DNA of 63,377 nucleotides, counting the filler, from Rhabdomonas costata (taxonomy: Eukaryota): assembly GCA_019059605.1 (NCBI GenBank). It is 39 parts of 39 records of this genome, joined end to end, with 100 filler letters (N's around TTAATTAATTAA, not from the genome) between each part and the next. Parts side by side here need not be neighbours in the genome. Positions count along the whole stretch, not along the records: positions 35,820 to 37,346 come from JAHMHO010013767.1; positions 37,447 to 38,973 come from JAHMHO010013768.1; positions 39,074 to 40,600 come from JAHMHO010013769.1; positions 40,701 to 42,227 come from JAHMHO010013770.1; positions 42,328 to 43,854 come from JAHMHO010013771.1; positions 43,955 to 45,480 come from JAHMHO010013772.1; positions 45,581 to 47,107 come from JAHMHO010013773.1; positions 47,208 to 48,731 come from JAHMHO010013774.1; 31 more parts are not named here. One strand, 5' to 3'. The position numbers and the translations under genes were made by a program. Shown one piece after another: positions 37,183 through 48,974 of this stretch; the first letter of the stretch is position 1; each line of letters opens with the position of its first letter. Below the pieces are notes generated by a model. The model was not told the DNA's origin. It did not search any database and was given only the letters and a program-made list of their open reading frames with translations.

Positions 37183-39298
37183 GTATGACGTTTGCGCTGC
37201 GGCTTTTCTCTATCCCACTTTCTAAGCTGGTCCAGGCCAACCTTTCTTTTCTATTGTTGAATATGGTTGTTTTCGATGAAACCCCCATTGTGTTCGACTA
37301 TTGGTGTTTGTTTGCCCCTTTAAAAAGTATTGGTCCACACAAACCCNNNNNNNNNNNNNNNNNNNNNNNNNNNNNNNNNNNNNNNNNNNNTTAATTAATT
37401 AANNNNNNNNNNNNNNNNNNNNNNNNNNNNNNNNNNNNNNNNNNNNGGGTTGGTCAGAGTGCCGAAAATAACCAACCATCCATCGGCACTCTGAGCGACC
37501 GCACGTGACCCACACGAGCCTGGTGCTATAGCTACTGCAAGACATGTCGCATCAAAGGATCAGCATCACGTGTGATCCCCAGGCTCATTATGCACTGGAA
37601 GTTCATTTCATGTATTGAACCAATCTGACACAAAAATAACAGCGTCAGACCTTGAAAAAGGTCCTGACAGCAACGGAACGGGGAACGAGGCAAGTGATCT
37701 TGGTCCCAAGTTTGGACAACACCTAAGCGCAAAAAGAATGCACACAGGAGGACCTCAGCCCTTATTTCTTGAATCTAGGCTACCACCCAGCCTTTTTTTT
37801 GATGCGCAAAACTTCGGATAGTGGATAATTTCTGTAGCGAACACGGTTGCGATCAAAAAATGCCTGGCAGATAAAATCCGACTGGAAGTTTGCGTACCTA
37901 TCTCGCGATCGTGTGCACCAAACCGCAACGGAGTCGGGCAACCGCAGACTTACCAACTAACAGTCTGATGATGAAAAACAACGGAAGCAGAATCAAAACC
38001 AGCTGATCCATGAAGAAAAGGCCTTTGGTCATTACGAGATCGAGCGGCAGATCACGCGGACGGAGAGACAGACACACACAAAGCCCATCCAACGCTCTAC
38101 CAACATCATCATCAAGTGAGACAGTAGTGCGCATTCATACAGAAGCATCAACCTCAACCCCATACACATAAACGGAGACAGAGACAGAGACAGAAGCGCT
38201 GATACCACCATAGACACAAACACACAACATACATGCAACACAACAGCAGATCACGCGGAACACATTCGAGATTGACATAAACGCTAAGGCCAGCAAAAAG
38301 AGGCCCGTTTTACATTTTCGCGACCTCGTCCCGTTGGAAACGTTGGACCTGGCGCACCAAAAGGAAACCAGGAATCCGGACTTTCAACTGCATCTTCTTC
38401 AATGTGTCCTCAATGTGTCCTCAATTCCACTGAAGCAGCAAGTGCTTTTTGCGTTCACCAGTTTCCTGGCATTTTCAATGGGCAGTTGTGAAAAAGAACA
38501 AATCTCCCTCGCAAGGTGGTGGTGTTTGTACCGGTACTACCGCTTCTATGGTGCACAAAAAGAGAACCAGAGAACCCAATTCTGGAGGGCAAAATTCCTT
38601 GAATTTTTTATTCGTGCGACCGTGCCGCTTTATTTCGGAAACCGTTTCCCACTGCCAATGCGGAGTTTTGAACCCCGGAATGCCCGGAATGCAAAGGTAA
38701 TGCTGTTCTTTTCAACCGTTCTCCGGAATCCAGATCACAGTCGCGGACAGAATCGTGCATCCCAGGAACTGCGAAGGCAGTTGGTGCCGAAAATTTCATT
38801 ACTGATCCAACAGCCCAATACAACACCCGCATAAACCATGACACCAACACTCACATACGCACACTTATACCAACAGAGACAGAAACAGAGCCCAGAATAC
38901 CGTGAGAGACAAGCACACATCATGCACAACAAAAGACACTCCGACCAACACACCACGACGCCTCAACCAACAANNNNNNNNNNNNNNNNNNNNNNNNNNN
39001 NNNNNNNNNNNNNNNNNTTAATTAATTAANNNNNNNNNNNNNNNNNNNNNNNNNNNNNNNNNNNNNNNNNNNNGTTTTTGGGGTATTTTTGAGCCCTTTT
39101 GGCCTCTACACAGGCTTGCAAGGGCCCTTTTTGGCCCTAAGCTTTCGGCTGGTGTACCAGCAACGATTTTTTGTTTTCTTTTTGCGTTTCTCCATTTGAC
39201 TGTTCTGCGCCTTCTGCTATCCGTCTGTTTCAAGCAATTGTTTCCTGGCTTGGCTTGGTTCACCCGTTCATCGCGCACTCTTCTTCCTCGCTTTGCAG

Positions 39299-40266
39299 GC
39301 ATACGCGAGTCCAAAGGCGACTGAACTCAAGCGGCAGCTGAACCTCTCTTCCAGTGAGGGGTTGCAAGGTTACCTCACCGACACCCTTCTGAGGCATCTG
39401 CAGCGGCTGGGTAGGGCTCCAGTCGCGTGGGATGACACTTTTGTGGGGCTGCAGGGCTACCGTCCCCCTCGCGGGGCGGTGCTGATGTGGTGGAGGGACT
39501 GGAGCACTGAGGCTTCTTGGGAGGTGCCCCCCCCCCTTCGCCTCAGTGGCTTACCTCCGAATATAAGGGATCTATCTTGATGAATGGAAGGGGGGTGAAA
39601 AGCGAAATCGGGTTGGGTTGGGTATGGTGATGAACGTCTCTATAAGGAGTGAAGGCTTGTTTCACAAAGTTAGAGGGAGGCTTCGCTTTTTGCCCGCGGC
39701 GTAAATGACAGGATAATCCTGCAAAAAAAAAGATCGGGCTCATGTGTCTAGCCTGGTGACCAGGATTAAGATCAGGTGTTCCACAAGGCTTGTGGTGGTG
39801 GTGGTGGGGGCGATGCAATCGTCCGGGGGTAGGATCAAAAGGCCAGAGTGCTGGGGTGGGAGGTGGCTTCCATGCCAACGTGAAGAGAATCACCCCCACC
39901 CCTTTCTAGAACGCTAGAAATCCTTCTCCCTAGCTGCTAACGAAGCCCAACCCGACGTGCTCGAGATCAGCACTAGTAGTAGAATCAGGTGGGTTGCTTG
40001 AAGTGCTTTCGGAACTCATTTTTGCGGAATTACGGCTGCTAATCACAATTTGCTTTCGTTCGGGTTCTGTTTTGGGGTTTCGGTGTGTGATCCTCAGGTT
40101 ATCAAGCGGCTTGGGTACCCAACCATACTCACACCCTCCAGCCTCAGCTACCTCGACATGTTCCAGATGGAGCCACACTCTGCCAGCCGCTACCAAGTGC
40201 AGCGCGGCACTGTCACGGTTTGGGATGCCTACCAGCTGGGAGAGTTTCAGGCGGACAACGTCCTTG
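39299..40266 (+). CDS. Beta-N-acetylhexosaminidase, GH20 (partial; exons 39299-39523 and 40098-40266)
   Basis: LQGYLTDTLLRHLQRLGRAPVAWDD...VLMWWR...GYPTILTPSSLSYLD...VTVWDAY...NVLG. Confidence 0.85.
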
Positions 40267-40700
40267 GTCTGCTGAATCATTCATGACTTTCCTGTCGTTT
40301 TTTTTTGGCCTGATTATAATGGCATGATTATGTTTGAGCTTTTTTTTTGACGGCACGTGCTGTTTCTCATTGACCGTCTGCCGTAGCGCCGCATGCACAT
40401 TGAAGCCCCGTGACTGCAGCTCTCCTTGACGTGACAGTCATTTCTCTGTTTATTTGTTCGCTTACCATCTGTGGGATTTCAGTGATTCCCCACCCACCTT
40501 TGATTGCCCTGTGTGATCTACCGCCCATTGTTGTTTTCGGCCTTCCGCGACACACAAAGGCTCATTGATGCTCACAAACACCCACAAACACCTCCCATTT
40601 NNNNNNNNNNNNNNNNNNNNNNNNNNNNNNNNNNNNNNNNNNNNTTAATTAATTAANNNNNNNNNNNNNNNNNNNNNNNNNNNNNNNNNNNNNNNNNNNN

Positions 40701-40871
40701 GTTGTTGGTGGCCTGCGGGATCCCGTTGAAGTTGTCGAGAAACGCAATGCTGCTGTTGTAGGGAAAGAACAGCGAGGTGTCCGGCAAGGCCGCGAGGTCG
40801 GATGCTGCGACCGTGCAAATCAGCATTGCCGAACACCACAGAACTACTCTCGCGAGAGAGTAGCGGGACAT
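40701..40871 (-). CDS. N-terminus of a probable secreted protein
   Basis: MSRYSLARVVLWCSAMLICTVAA-SDL...: signal-peptide-like start, GC3-rich codons. Confidence 0.45.
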
Positions 40872-42986
40872 TTCAAAAGAGAAGGCACAAGGAGTGGAAA
40901 CACAAGGCACAGCCACAAAGGTGGAAAGGCGAAATGAAAGGGAAGATGGCTGCACAATTTCGCCGACGGAGTGAACGGTGGACAAGCAGCCTCACCTCAC
41001 GAAATCATATCAAACAGGGTCCTTTTTCAACTTTTAAACTGGTTTTCAAATTGGCAGAGGCAAGTACAAAAACAGAATTCGCAGTGCGACGACAGTTTTC
41101 CAGTTCCGCAACACCAACCCCAGAACGGTGGTGCATGTGTGTGACCAAGAATCAGAAGCATCATAAAGGGGATGATAGGATCCTTGGATGGGCTAAAACA
41201 AAGACGTCAGAGGGCACTGTAGATGAATAACCAAGAAGCAGCTTTCGCACAAGGTTCGGCGGTTAGGCAGACATACGGAAGAGGAAGAGAAGTTGAGGAG
41301 GAGGAGGGGAGGGGGGGTAGGAGCCATCATAGAAAAACCACCAAGCACCGGGGCTATGTTTCATACTCAGCATTGCACCGAGCTAGTGGATGACGAAACA
41401 CGGCTGCAGCGGCGACACCAGAAGGCGAGCTAATTTGCATGAAACCAAAGAAGGGGGAATGTCCATCAGATTGGAAACGAAAGGAAAGTGGAAGTGGAAG
41501 TGGAAGTGGAGATGGCACAGGCAGCACACACGATACAGAAGAGCAGGAGGTACAAAGATGGGCAGGAGGGGGAGGACGGCGGCTCACAAGTCAACAGCAA
41601 GGGAACGGACAGAACAAAAGCGCAGCTCACACATCATGGAATGGGATCATGAGGGGAAAGCTCCACAATAATTCAGCTTTTTGCTTTCTTTCTTTTGGCA
41701 CTGCTTGAAAAGAACTTTGGTATACTCTGGACTTTTTTTGGGTGGGACCACACTCGCCATGAGAACTAATTAAGAACGGTTTGGCGGAGAGACAAACCAA
41801 AGTGAGTATACTTGTCAGGTGTACCAATATATCGCCATGGAAATACTTATTTCACACCTAATAAATTTTAAAATGGCGCGATATGGCAAACAAACTGAAG
41901 ATGCGGACAAATAATTACCTAAAAACATACCAAAAAAACTCGATTTTGTCAATCTGCAGTCTCGATGCCACGCCAATATGTATAATAAGTTGGCCAAAAT
42001 CAAAGAAATACAAAATCCGCAAAAGTTCAGAAACAGAGCCAGCATTCTACTATACATTGCATGACATTATTGCAAAAAAAAACTGCTCAGAGTGGGAGTG
42101 GGAGAGTGGGAACGTGTTCGCGTTTTGGCACTGCCACGACAAAGTACGTAGTAAGTAAATGTCCACAGCGATATATAAGCTCCCCGCTCAAGGTCCTTCA
42201 AGGAAGAAAGTTTAGGAACCCCCACCCNNNNNNNNNNNNNNNNNNNNNNNNNNNNNNNNNNNNNNNNNNNNTTAATTAATTAANNNNNNNNNNNNNNNNN
42301 NNNNNNNNNNNNNNNNNNNNNNNNNNNTGGCTTTACATCTGGTTTGGGCTTTGATAAGAGAAAGAACTGTAGGCTGGCACACCGTCCACCCACCTGCATG
42401 CCGGTGTGCCAGCAACGATTTGTCCCTTTGTTCTCTCTTGTGTCGCGAAAGAGCAACCACCACAGAACAAAGGTGAGGTGTTTGGGGCGCACTGCACGCT
42501 TGCTGTTGCTGCTGCTGCCTGATTGACTGTTGGTGATCTCTGAGGACGGACACGCAGTAGCACTCGCTAGCACGCACGGCGCACGCGCTGTGCGTGCTCG
42601 CTGCGCTACTGTTTGGAGCAACAGCGCCGAGGGGTGGCGGAGAGAACGTTCCACATGCGAATAAGCCTCCTTCAGGTTCCCTTTGTTCAGACAGCTTTCA
42701 CACCACCCAAGAAAAAGCAGATCAACACGTATGTACCACGGTAGAGGGAGGATTAAGTCCCCACACTCGAATGCTTAACATGAGAGGAAGGAAAAAATGA
42801 AATGTGTGAGTGTGTGCGTGAGAGTGTGTGTGTGGGGGGGGCATCTTATGTGACGTTTATGGTCCCATCAATTGCCCATGATGGGGTGATTTTGGACCAT
42901 ATGCCGTTGAACGAAGGATCGACACGAGATTCAAGGATTCCAGCGCGGACAGGGACGACAGCCTACCCTCCAAAATCCATTCACAC

Positions 42987-43686
42987 CAGCATCAGCACCC
43001 TCCAGACGCGGCGCTTGTTCACCAGGAGCTGGCCCGTCTCGTGCGCAGGGGAGGCCGCGCGGGCTCGTCTCGGGGAGCCCATGAGCTCCCAGAACAGCGC
43101 CTGCGCCAGCAACCCCCCCCCCTCATATCCATCACGGGATGGGTAATCATGAATTCGAGCTATACGACCCCTCCATGATCAAAAATGGTTTGAACTATGC
43201 CCATGGAAAATTCCGAAGGGGAAGTGCAAGGGGAATGCACAGTGAGGAGGGTAGGCGCGTCCCAACAGGAGTTAGACTTAGACGTCTAACACCATTATCA
43301 TGGGGCGAACGGACCGTTCGAAGGTGAATTCCACACAATCACAATGTTTTGGGAGAGCTATTATTTATTTAAAAAAGACACCTGGAGTGTACTTTGACTT
43401 CGTTCCATTTGTGATTGCTTAGTTTTCATTTGATCCTCGATATCATCGTGCGGCCCGCCTCTCTCCCTTTTCTCCTTTTTGGGTGGCAGCGGCCTCGAGT
43501 CGTTTACGATGGGACAGAGCTGTGGGGGGCGACAAATTCACAAATGTTAAAGTGATGCACCTGCTGGTTGCCTTTGTAAAACCACAGGTCAGGCCACATC
43601 AGCAACCCCGTGTGACGGTATCCCCCGAAGTTGAAGAGGAAGCTCGGATCTCGAATCGGGTGACTGTCCGCGTCCAGAAGCAGAAC
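42987..43686 (-). CDS. GT71 alpha-mannosyltransferase, MNN2-like (partial; exons 43686-43561 and 43100-42987)
   Basis: VLLLDADSHPIRDPSFLF...YRHTGLLMWPDLW...|...HETGQLLVNKRRVWRVLML; phase-0 GT-AG intron; missed by the ORF track. Confidence 0.88.
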
Positions 43687-44809
43687 CTAACCAAAAAAGA
43701 CACCGCTACTGCTTTCCAATAATAGATTCTCTCCAGTTCCGCAAATCCTCACAAGATGCAGCATGCCACCACTGCAGAAAAATTCCACACCCACAAAGCA
43801 CCGCGCTTGTCGACAATTCCTGCGAACATAATTCACCGTTCCACGGGAAAGCAANNNNNNNNNNNNNNNNNNNNNNNNNNNNNNNNNNNNNNNNNNNNTT
43901 AATTAATTAANNNNNNNNNNNNNNNNNNNNNNNNNNNNNNNNNNNNNNNNNNNNTGTGGGTTGGCAACGGCGGCAACTTTCTGTTTGGGTGCGTGGAGTG
44001 TTCACACACGCATCGCACGTGCATAAGCTGAACACTGACTTTTAGAGATGCGTGCTGGCTTTAGCGCCTCCTCAGGCGGCGTTGTGGTGCTCGTTAAGGG
44101 GGTCGTGACGGAGGGAAGAAAACGGCATGCATAGACACCGGCCTCGAATTTGTGGGTCCCGGAGGATGTTTCCTTAGGGGGGAGGGGCAGGGTAACCGTT
44201 TCCTGTAGTAGCAGAAAACTGGCTTAAAACTTTTGCTAAATTCACTTAAAAGCGGTCAAGAAAAACGTGCCTCCTGAAATGACTTTGTAATGTGTTGGGG
44301 GTTAGGTGAACTTTTCCAGTGCCCCTATTTGATTGTTTGGCTTTGTTGCTGAAAACTGCTACTGGCCAAGTACCTGCCGGCTGAGCGGGACGTGACCTGG
44401 GGGGCCTTTGAAGACTTTTTTAAAACACGCTCCAATCTCTCGCGTTCCTTCTTCTTGTTTGTGCGTGCTTCAAGGGTCAGCCTTTTGTCCTCCGCATTCT
44501 TTTCAATTGGTTTTCTCCTTGTAATATCGGTCTGTTTGGTAATGACTCTGCAACTGCAAGAACTTTTCCGCCGTGACTTTGCGGTCTGCAAAAAATATGC
44601 TGTCACAGAAAAAAATGTTTCCTCCGGAAACGTCCGTTTCCTTCCCACACAAAAGGTAGTGTGCCAAACATCACTCATCACTGTTGTCCACAGGGAGGGG
44701 AAAGAGGGCAGGGAAACGCGGTCCACCAAAGACGGGTAATAACGGTAGAGGCTTCTCGGAAGTGGTAGAAGGTGGTGGGCTGACGGAGGGACGTGTGGGA
44801 CCCGGGTCG

Positions 44810-45480
44810 GGTGAAAGGGTCAGCGATGTTTTCTTCAGAAGGAACCAGGGCCATTTGGAGCTGGAAGTGGGAGTGGAGACACATACGTGCAATGCGGCGG
44901 AAGATGCGCAGGCGGTCGGGTGGGTGAGCACTGATATGGCCATGCACCATCGTAAAGTAAGCAGATGAATTATCCGTGATGATGCAGGCGTGGGGGAGTT
45001 TGCGTGTGCACATGAGTTTAAGAGCATGGAAGACGGAATAAAGTTCGGCTGATTGGAGAGAACGCACCCAGAGGGGAGTTGAAATAATTGAAACGAACTG
45101 CTCTGGACGAACTACTGCAGCAGTGAACCCGCCTGTTGAGGTGGGGGCAGCATCAACAAACAATAGAGGCATGCAAAGAGGTGGCGGCAAGGGACGCGGT
45201 TGCCAACCACCGGTAGAAAGAAGAATGACAAGAGCCAGAGAGGTCCAGAGGTTGCGAGGCAAGAGCTGAACATCCGCGTGAGAAAACAAAAATGAGTACG
45301 CGCGGGTCAGCAAGTGTGCCGTGGGAAGACCAGAGCACACAAGCCACTGGAGGATCCGAGAAGCCGTTGAAAAGAACGAAATGAGTATTTACAACAACGG
45401 AGACACCACAAATGAAACATACAGTGCCCGGTGCGTCGGGGATCGTTGAGCAGTGTGCCTTCAGCGGCAGAAAGCCACAC
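44810..45480 (-). mobile_element. DIRS/YR-retrotransposon RT connection + RNase H (partial)
   Basis: RSFQRLLGS/QWL, LFVDAAP, SLQSAELYSVF, IITDNSSAY, VPSEENIADPFTR (D-E-D-D catalytic residues). Confidence 0.82.
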
Positions 45481-45580
45481 NNNNNNNNNNNNNNNNNNNN
45501 NNNNNNNNNNNNNNNNNNNNNNNNTTAATTAATTAANNNNNNNNNNNNNNNNNNNNNNNNNNNNNNNNNNNNNNNNNNNN

Positions 45581-47104
45581 CCCTCCACTCGAAGCCTGCG
45601 GCCTGCAGGACCTTGTGCAGGCCCTCGGCCTCGGCCTGGCGCTTCACCAGCCCACTGCCAGGTACGACAAGGGCCTGCACCCCAGCTGCGACCTAATAGC
45701 ACCATGGAGTGAGAGAGAGAGACACCGCGGGATGTGTAGAGGCTTCCAGGCTGAGAGTGAGTGAGGGCATCGGCGCAGAAAAAAGCGGGGGAATACCAGG
45801 AATACCAGGAAACTAACCACAACAAACATATCTGGTGAGTGACCGAATTCGGGTTTTGATTAATATTCACGGCGCATCGACGCGCTCAACAGGTTTCGGG
45901 GCGATTTATTTTTAGAAAGCGCCTTGTGTGGTATGTGCGTGCCGGGAGTGCAGTTCTGCCGGGATTAGAATTCTCACCTTCACGTTCTATTTTATTTTGT
46001 AACCGTGAAGACTGCTGCGAGCGGTGTGTGTGCGCGCTTCTGTTCGGGGGAGAGTGACCTTGCGGCCTTGCGCGACGGCCGCGGCGGCGCGGATGTCCTC
46101 CAGGCGGCCGTTGGTGCACGAGCCGATGAAAACCACATCCACGGGGATCTCCGAGATCTTCTGCCCCGCAGAGAGCCCCATGTACTCCAGCGCCCGCTTC
46201 ATCGCCGCCTTGCGGCCTGGGTCCTGCACCTTGTCGGGGTCGGGCACCGTGTCCGTCACCGCAGCCACATCCTGGGGACTGGTCCCCCAGGTCACCTTGC
46301 AGCCCAAAAACCAACAAAAAAAGAACCCACACCCAACTAAAAAGACCACGTTGATTCTTTTCTTTTTGAAATGTGCTCACATAACTGGGTCTCTAAAGTG
46401 CGAAGCGGAAGCCCCTTGCCCCTTGGCGGCTCTTTCCTCATTTTTCATGTATCCCCTTCTTTCCCCAGCGCAGCGAATTCAGAAATGCTTTTCCAAAATG
46501 GGCTTGGAAAAGTAAAAAATAACTAATCTTGCCGAGGGCGAGGCCGAATCACTGAGGTCTTTTCAACGTACAAATTTCCTCCTGCGGGTCCGGTCCTTTC
46601 CCCCTTATCCCCCTCGGGGGACACCTAATAATCCTTAATTAAATCCCAGTAAACCGGGCTGAACCACCCCACCAAATTGAGGGAAGCTGTGGTACGGAAG
46701 CGCGAATGAAACGCACCTGACACTGGTGGGTGAAATCAGATGCACATACAGATCCGATCTTCCGTCCCTTTCCAGCCACCTCATCATACTCCAAGGCACA
46801 ACACAACCCCTCATTTCTTCTTGTACCTTTCTCGATTGTATCGAATATCCATCCACCCTTTCTGTAAACTGTGGCTGGTGTTGAGTTTCAGTTTTTCTTT
46901 GTTCCTGGTGTGCTGCTCCCGTTGCACCTTGCCGAACAATTGTGATGTACTCATGACGCTGTACTCCATTTTTCGAAGCACGACGTTCACGCCCGGAAGA
47001 GCACAGCAAGAGCGTTCCTGTGGGGCGATGGTGGCGGCGTCCACGCCAATCTCCGTGTCGTACCGCGCGCCGGGGTCGCTGGCCAGGGTCCTCCAGTACG
47101 CCAC
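45581..47104 (-). CDS. leuC: 3-isopropylmalate dehydratase, LeuC/LEU1 (partial; exons ~47104-47018, 46295-46059, 45692-45581)
   Basis: [13 protein letters not shown]...IAPQ|VTWGTSP...[18 protein letters not shown]...|[19 protein letters not shown]...AGFEWR. Confidence 0.96.
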
Positions 47105-48855
47105 AACNNNNNNNNNNNNNNNNNNNNNNNNNNNNNNNNNNNNNNNNNNNNTTAATTAATTAANNNNNNNNNNNNNNNNNNNNNNNNNNNNNNNNNNNNN
47201 NNNNNNNAATATTTCCCGCTGTGCGTGTGGGAGAGCGATGACGCTATTACTGCGAAGGCCGGACAGCTTTTGCTTCCCAGCCTTTTGGCCGTGAGCAGCG
47301 GTAGCGCATTCTCTGCACAGTGCTTCTTTCTTCTCTCTCAGCATTGTATCATCCTTTAGCATCCTGTTCTCCTGGTTCCCCCCATCGACGCATGACGCCA
47401 GGCTGTCGACTTCTTCGCCCTTTTCGACAAGTAGGTGGGATACAATCTAGGTTGATGTCCAGAGTGATTCCTAATCTCCGCAGCAATGGCGCGGTTGGGG
47501 GTTTGGTGGGTTTCGGCTTTCTCTCGATTTCTGGTTTTCTCTGCTGTTTCGCTGTGGGCAGCCGCGCGCTGACGCGCCGCCGCGTGGCCAGGGAAAAGCT
47601 TTTGTTGGGCCAATTGACGTTTGGTGGGGACCTGTAATGATACCAATGGTAATTGATAACTTATCGAAGATTGTTCTTGCGAACTGTCGAACTGAAGCAA
47701 ACCGAAATGACTTTTTTGTAAAGCGGTTTGGGGACTTCTGCCAGTGTTCCCTAGATGAGTACTCTTGTTTTGCCCGTCAATTCTGGTGCTGTGGCTCGAA
47801 TATGGATTGACGAGTAGGAGAGCATTAGTTCATATGCCTAAGCAATTCCGCGTCACGGCCCGTACGTGCCCTGGGGGCCTTTAACGACTTTTTAAACTCC
47901 AACAGAAACGTCCCCATCGTCAATTATACCTTTCTTGCGTTTCTTGGCGTCCCCCCCCCCCTCCACTTGATACAACTTGAACTTCTCTCGTCCCAGGCCG
48001 GCCTCTCAGGGTGCAAAGGCCAAAGCCCTCCTTTTGCCTTTAGTAGGATGCCGGATTTGTGCGTCAGACAAAACAAAAGAAACGACTTCCGAAACATCCG
48101 CTGCTGTCCCAGGGCGAGTAGTCACCGTCTGCAATTTATACTTTGAATCATAAAAAGCCACCAAATATAAAAAAAATAAAAAGCCAAATATCACATAGCA
48201 CATGCCTGCGCATTGCGTCATACAGTTCCCATACGGTTTGAATCCTTTCCCCATGAGCTGTCCCGCGTTTCGCGCCCGTCGTTGACCTCCCGGTCCCTAC
48301 CACTCATCCAGCCGTTGGTCCCCACTCCAACCGACATATATGCAGTTAAACGTTATTTACGCCCCTCCCAACAGCAACAGAGAACCTGTCTGTCTTGGTT
48401 TTATTATCAATCCAGTAGTCCGCTGTGCAGTTTGCTTCACTCCTTTCCTGGTTGTGTTGCATATCCTCGTGGGCACACAATCTCGCCTGAGATGAAAGAC
48501 TCCCAAGGGACCCTCACAGTCGCCCTCAACCTCATGCTTTTCTTTGCTTTTGTGGTTTTGTGGTTGCATTGCCCTGTGTCTCGTCTTTGTATATTGTAGG
48601 CGTTCCTCCATCTGAGTCCTCACCCGCTTTATTGAACTCAGCTTTTTGCGCGTTGCAGGCTCCTTGGCCCCAGATGCAACGATCAAGTTCAGCTTCATCC
48701 TTGCCGGGGAGGAGTACGAGCACATCGGGCANNNNNNNNNNNNNNNNNNNNNNNNNNNNNNNNNNNNNNNNNNNNTTAATTAATTAANNNNNNNNNNNNN
48801 NNNNNNNNNNNNNNNNNNNNNNNNNNNNNNNTTGGTTTTCCACTGGAAGGGACAC

Positions 48856-48974
48856 CTTTCTTTCAAAGCAGTCATCCATGTCCACAAACTCGAGCGCGAG
48901 AGCTGACGCGGCAGCCTTTCCCAAAAAGGTTTTGCCTGCTCCTCGCATCCCAATCAGCAGAACAGTGGGGTGCC
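48856..48974 (-). CDS. Shikimate kinase exon, AROM-type
   Basis: VLLIGMRGAGKTFLGKAAASALALEFVDMDDCFE; internal AG/GT-bounded exon with no start codon, consistent with a fusion protein. Confidence 0.8.
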
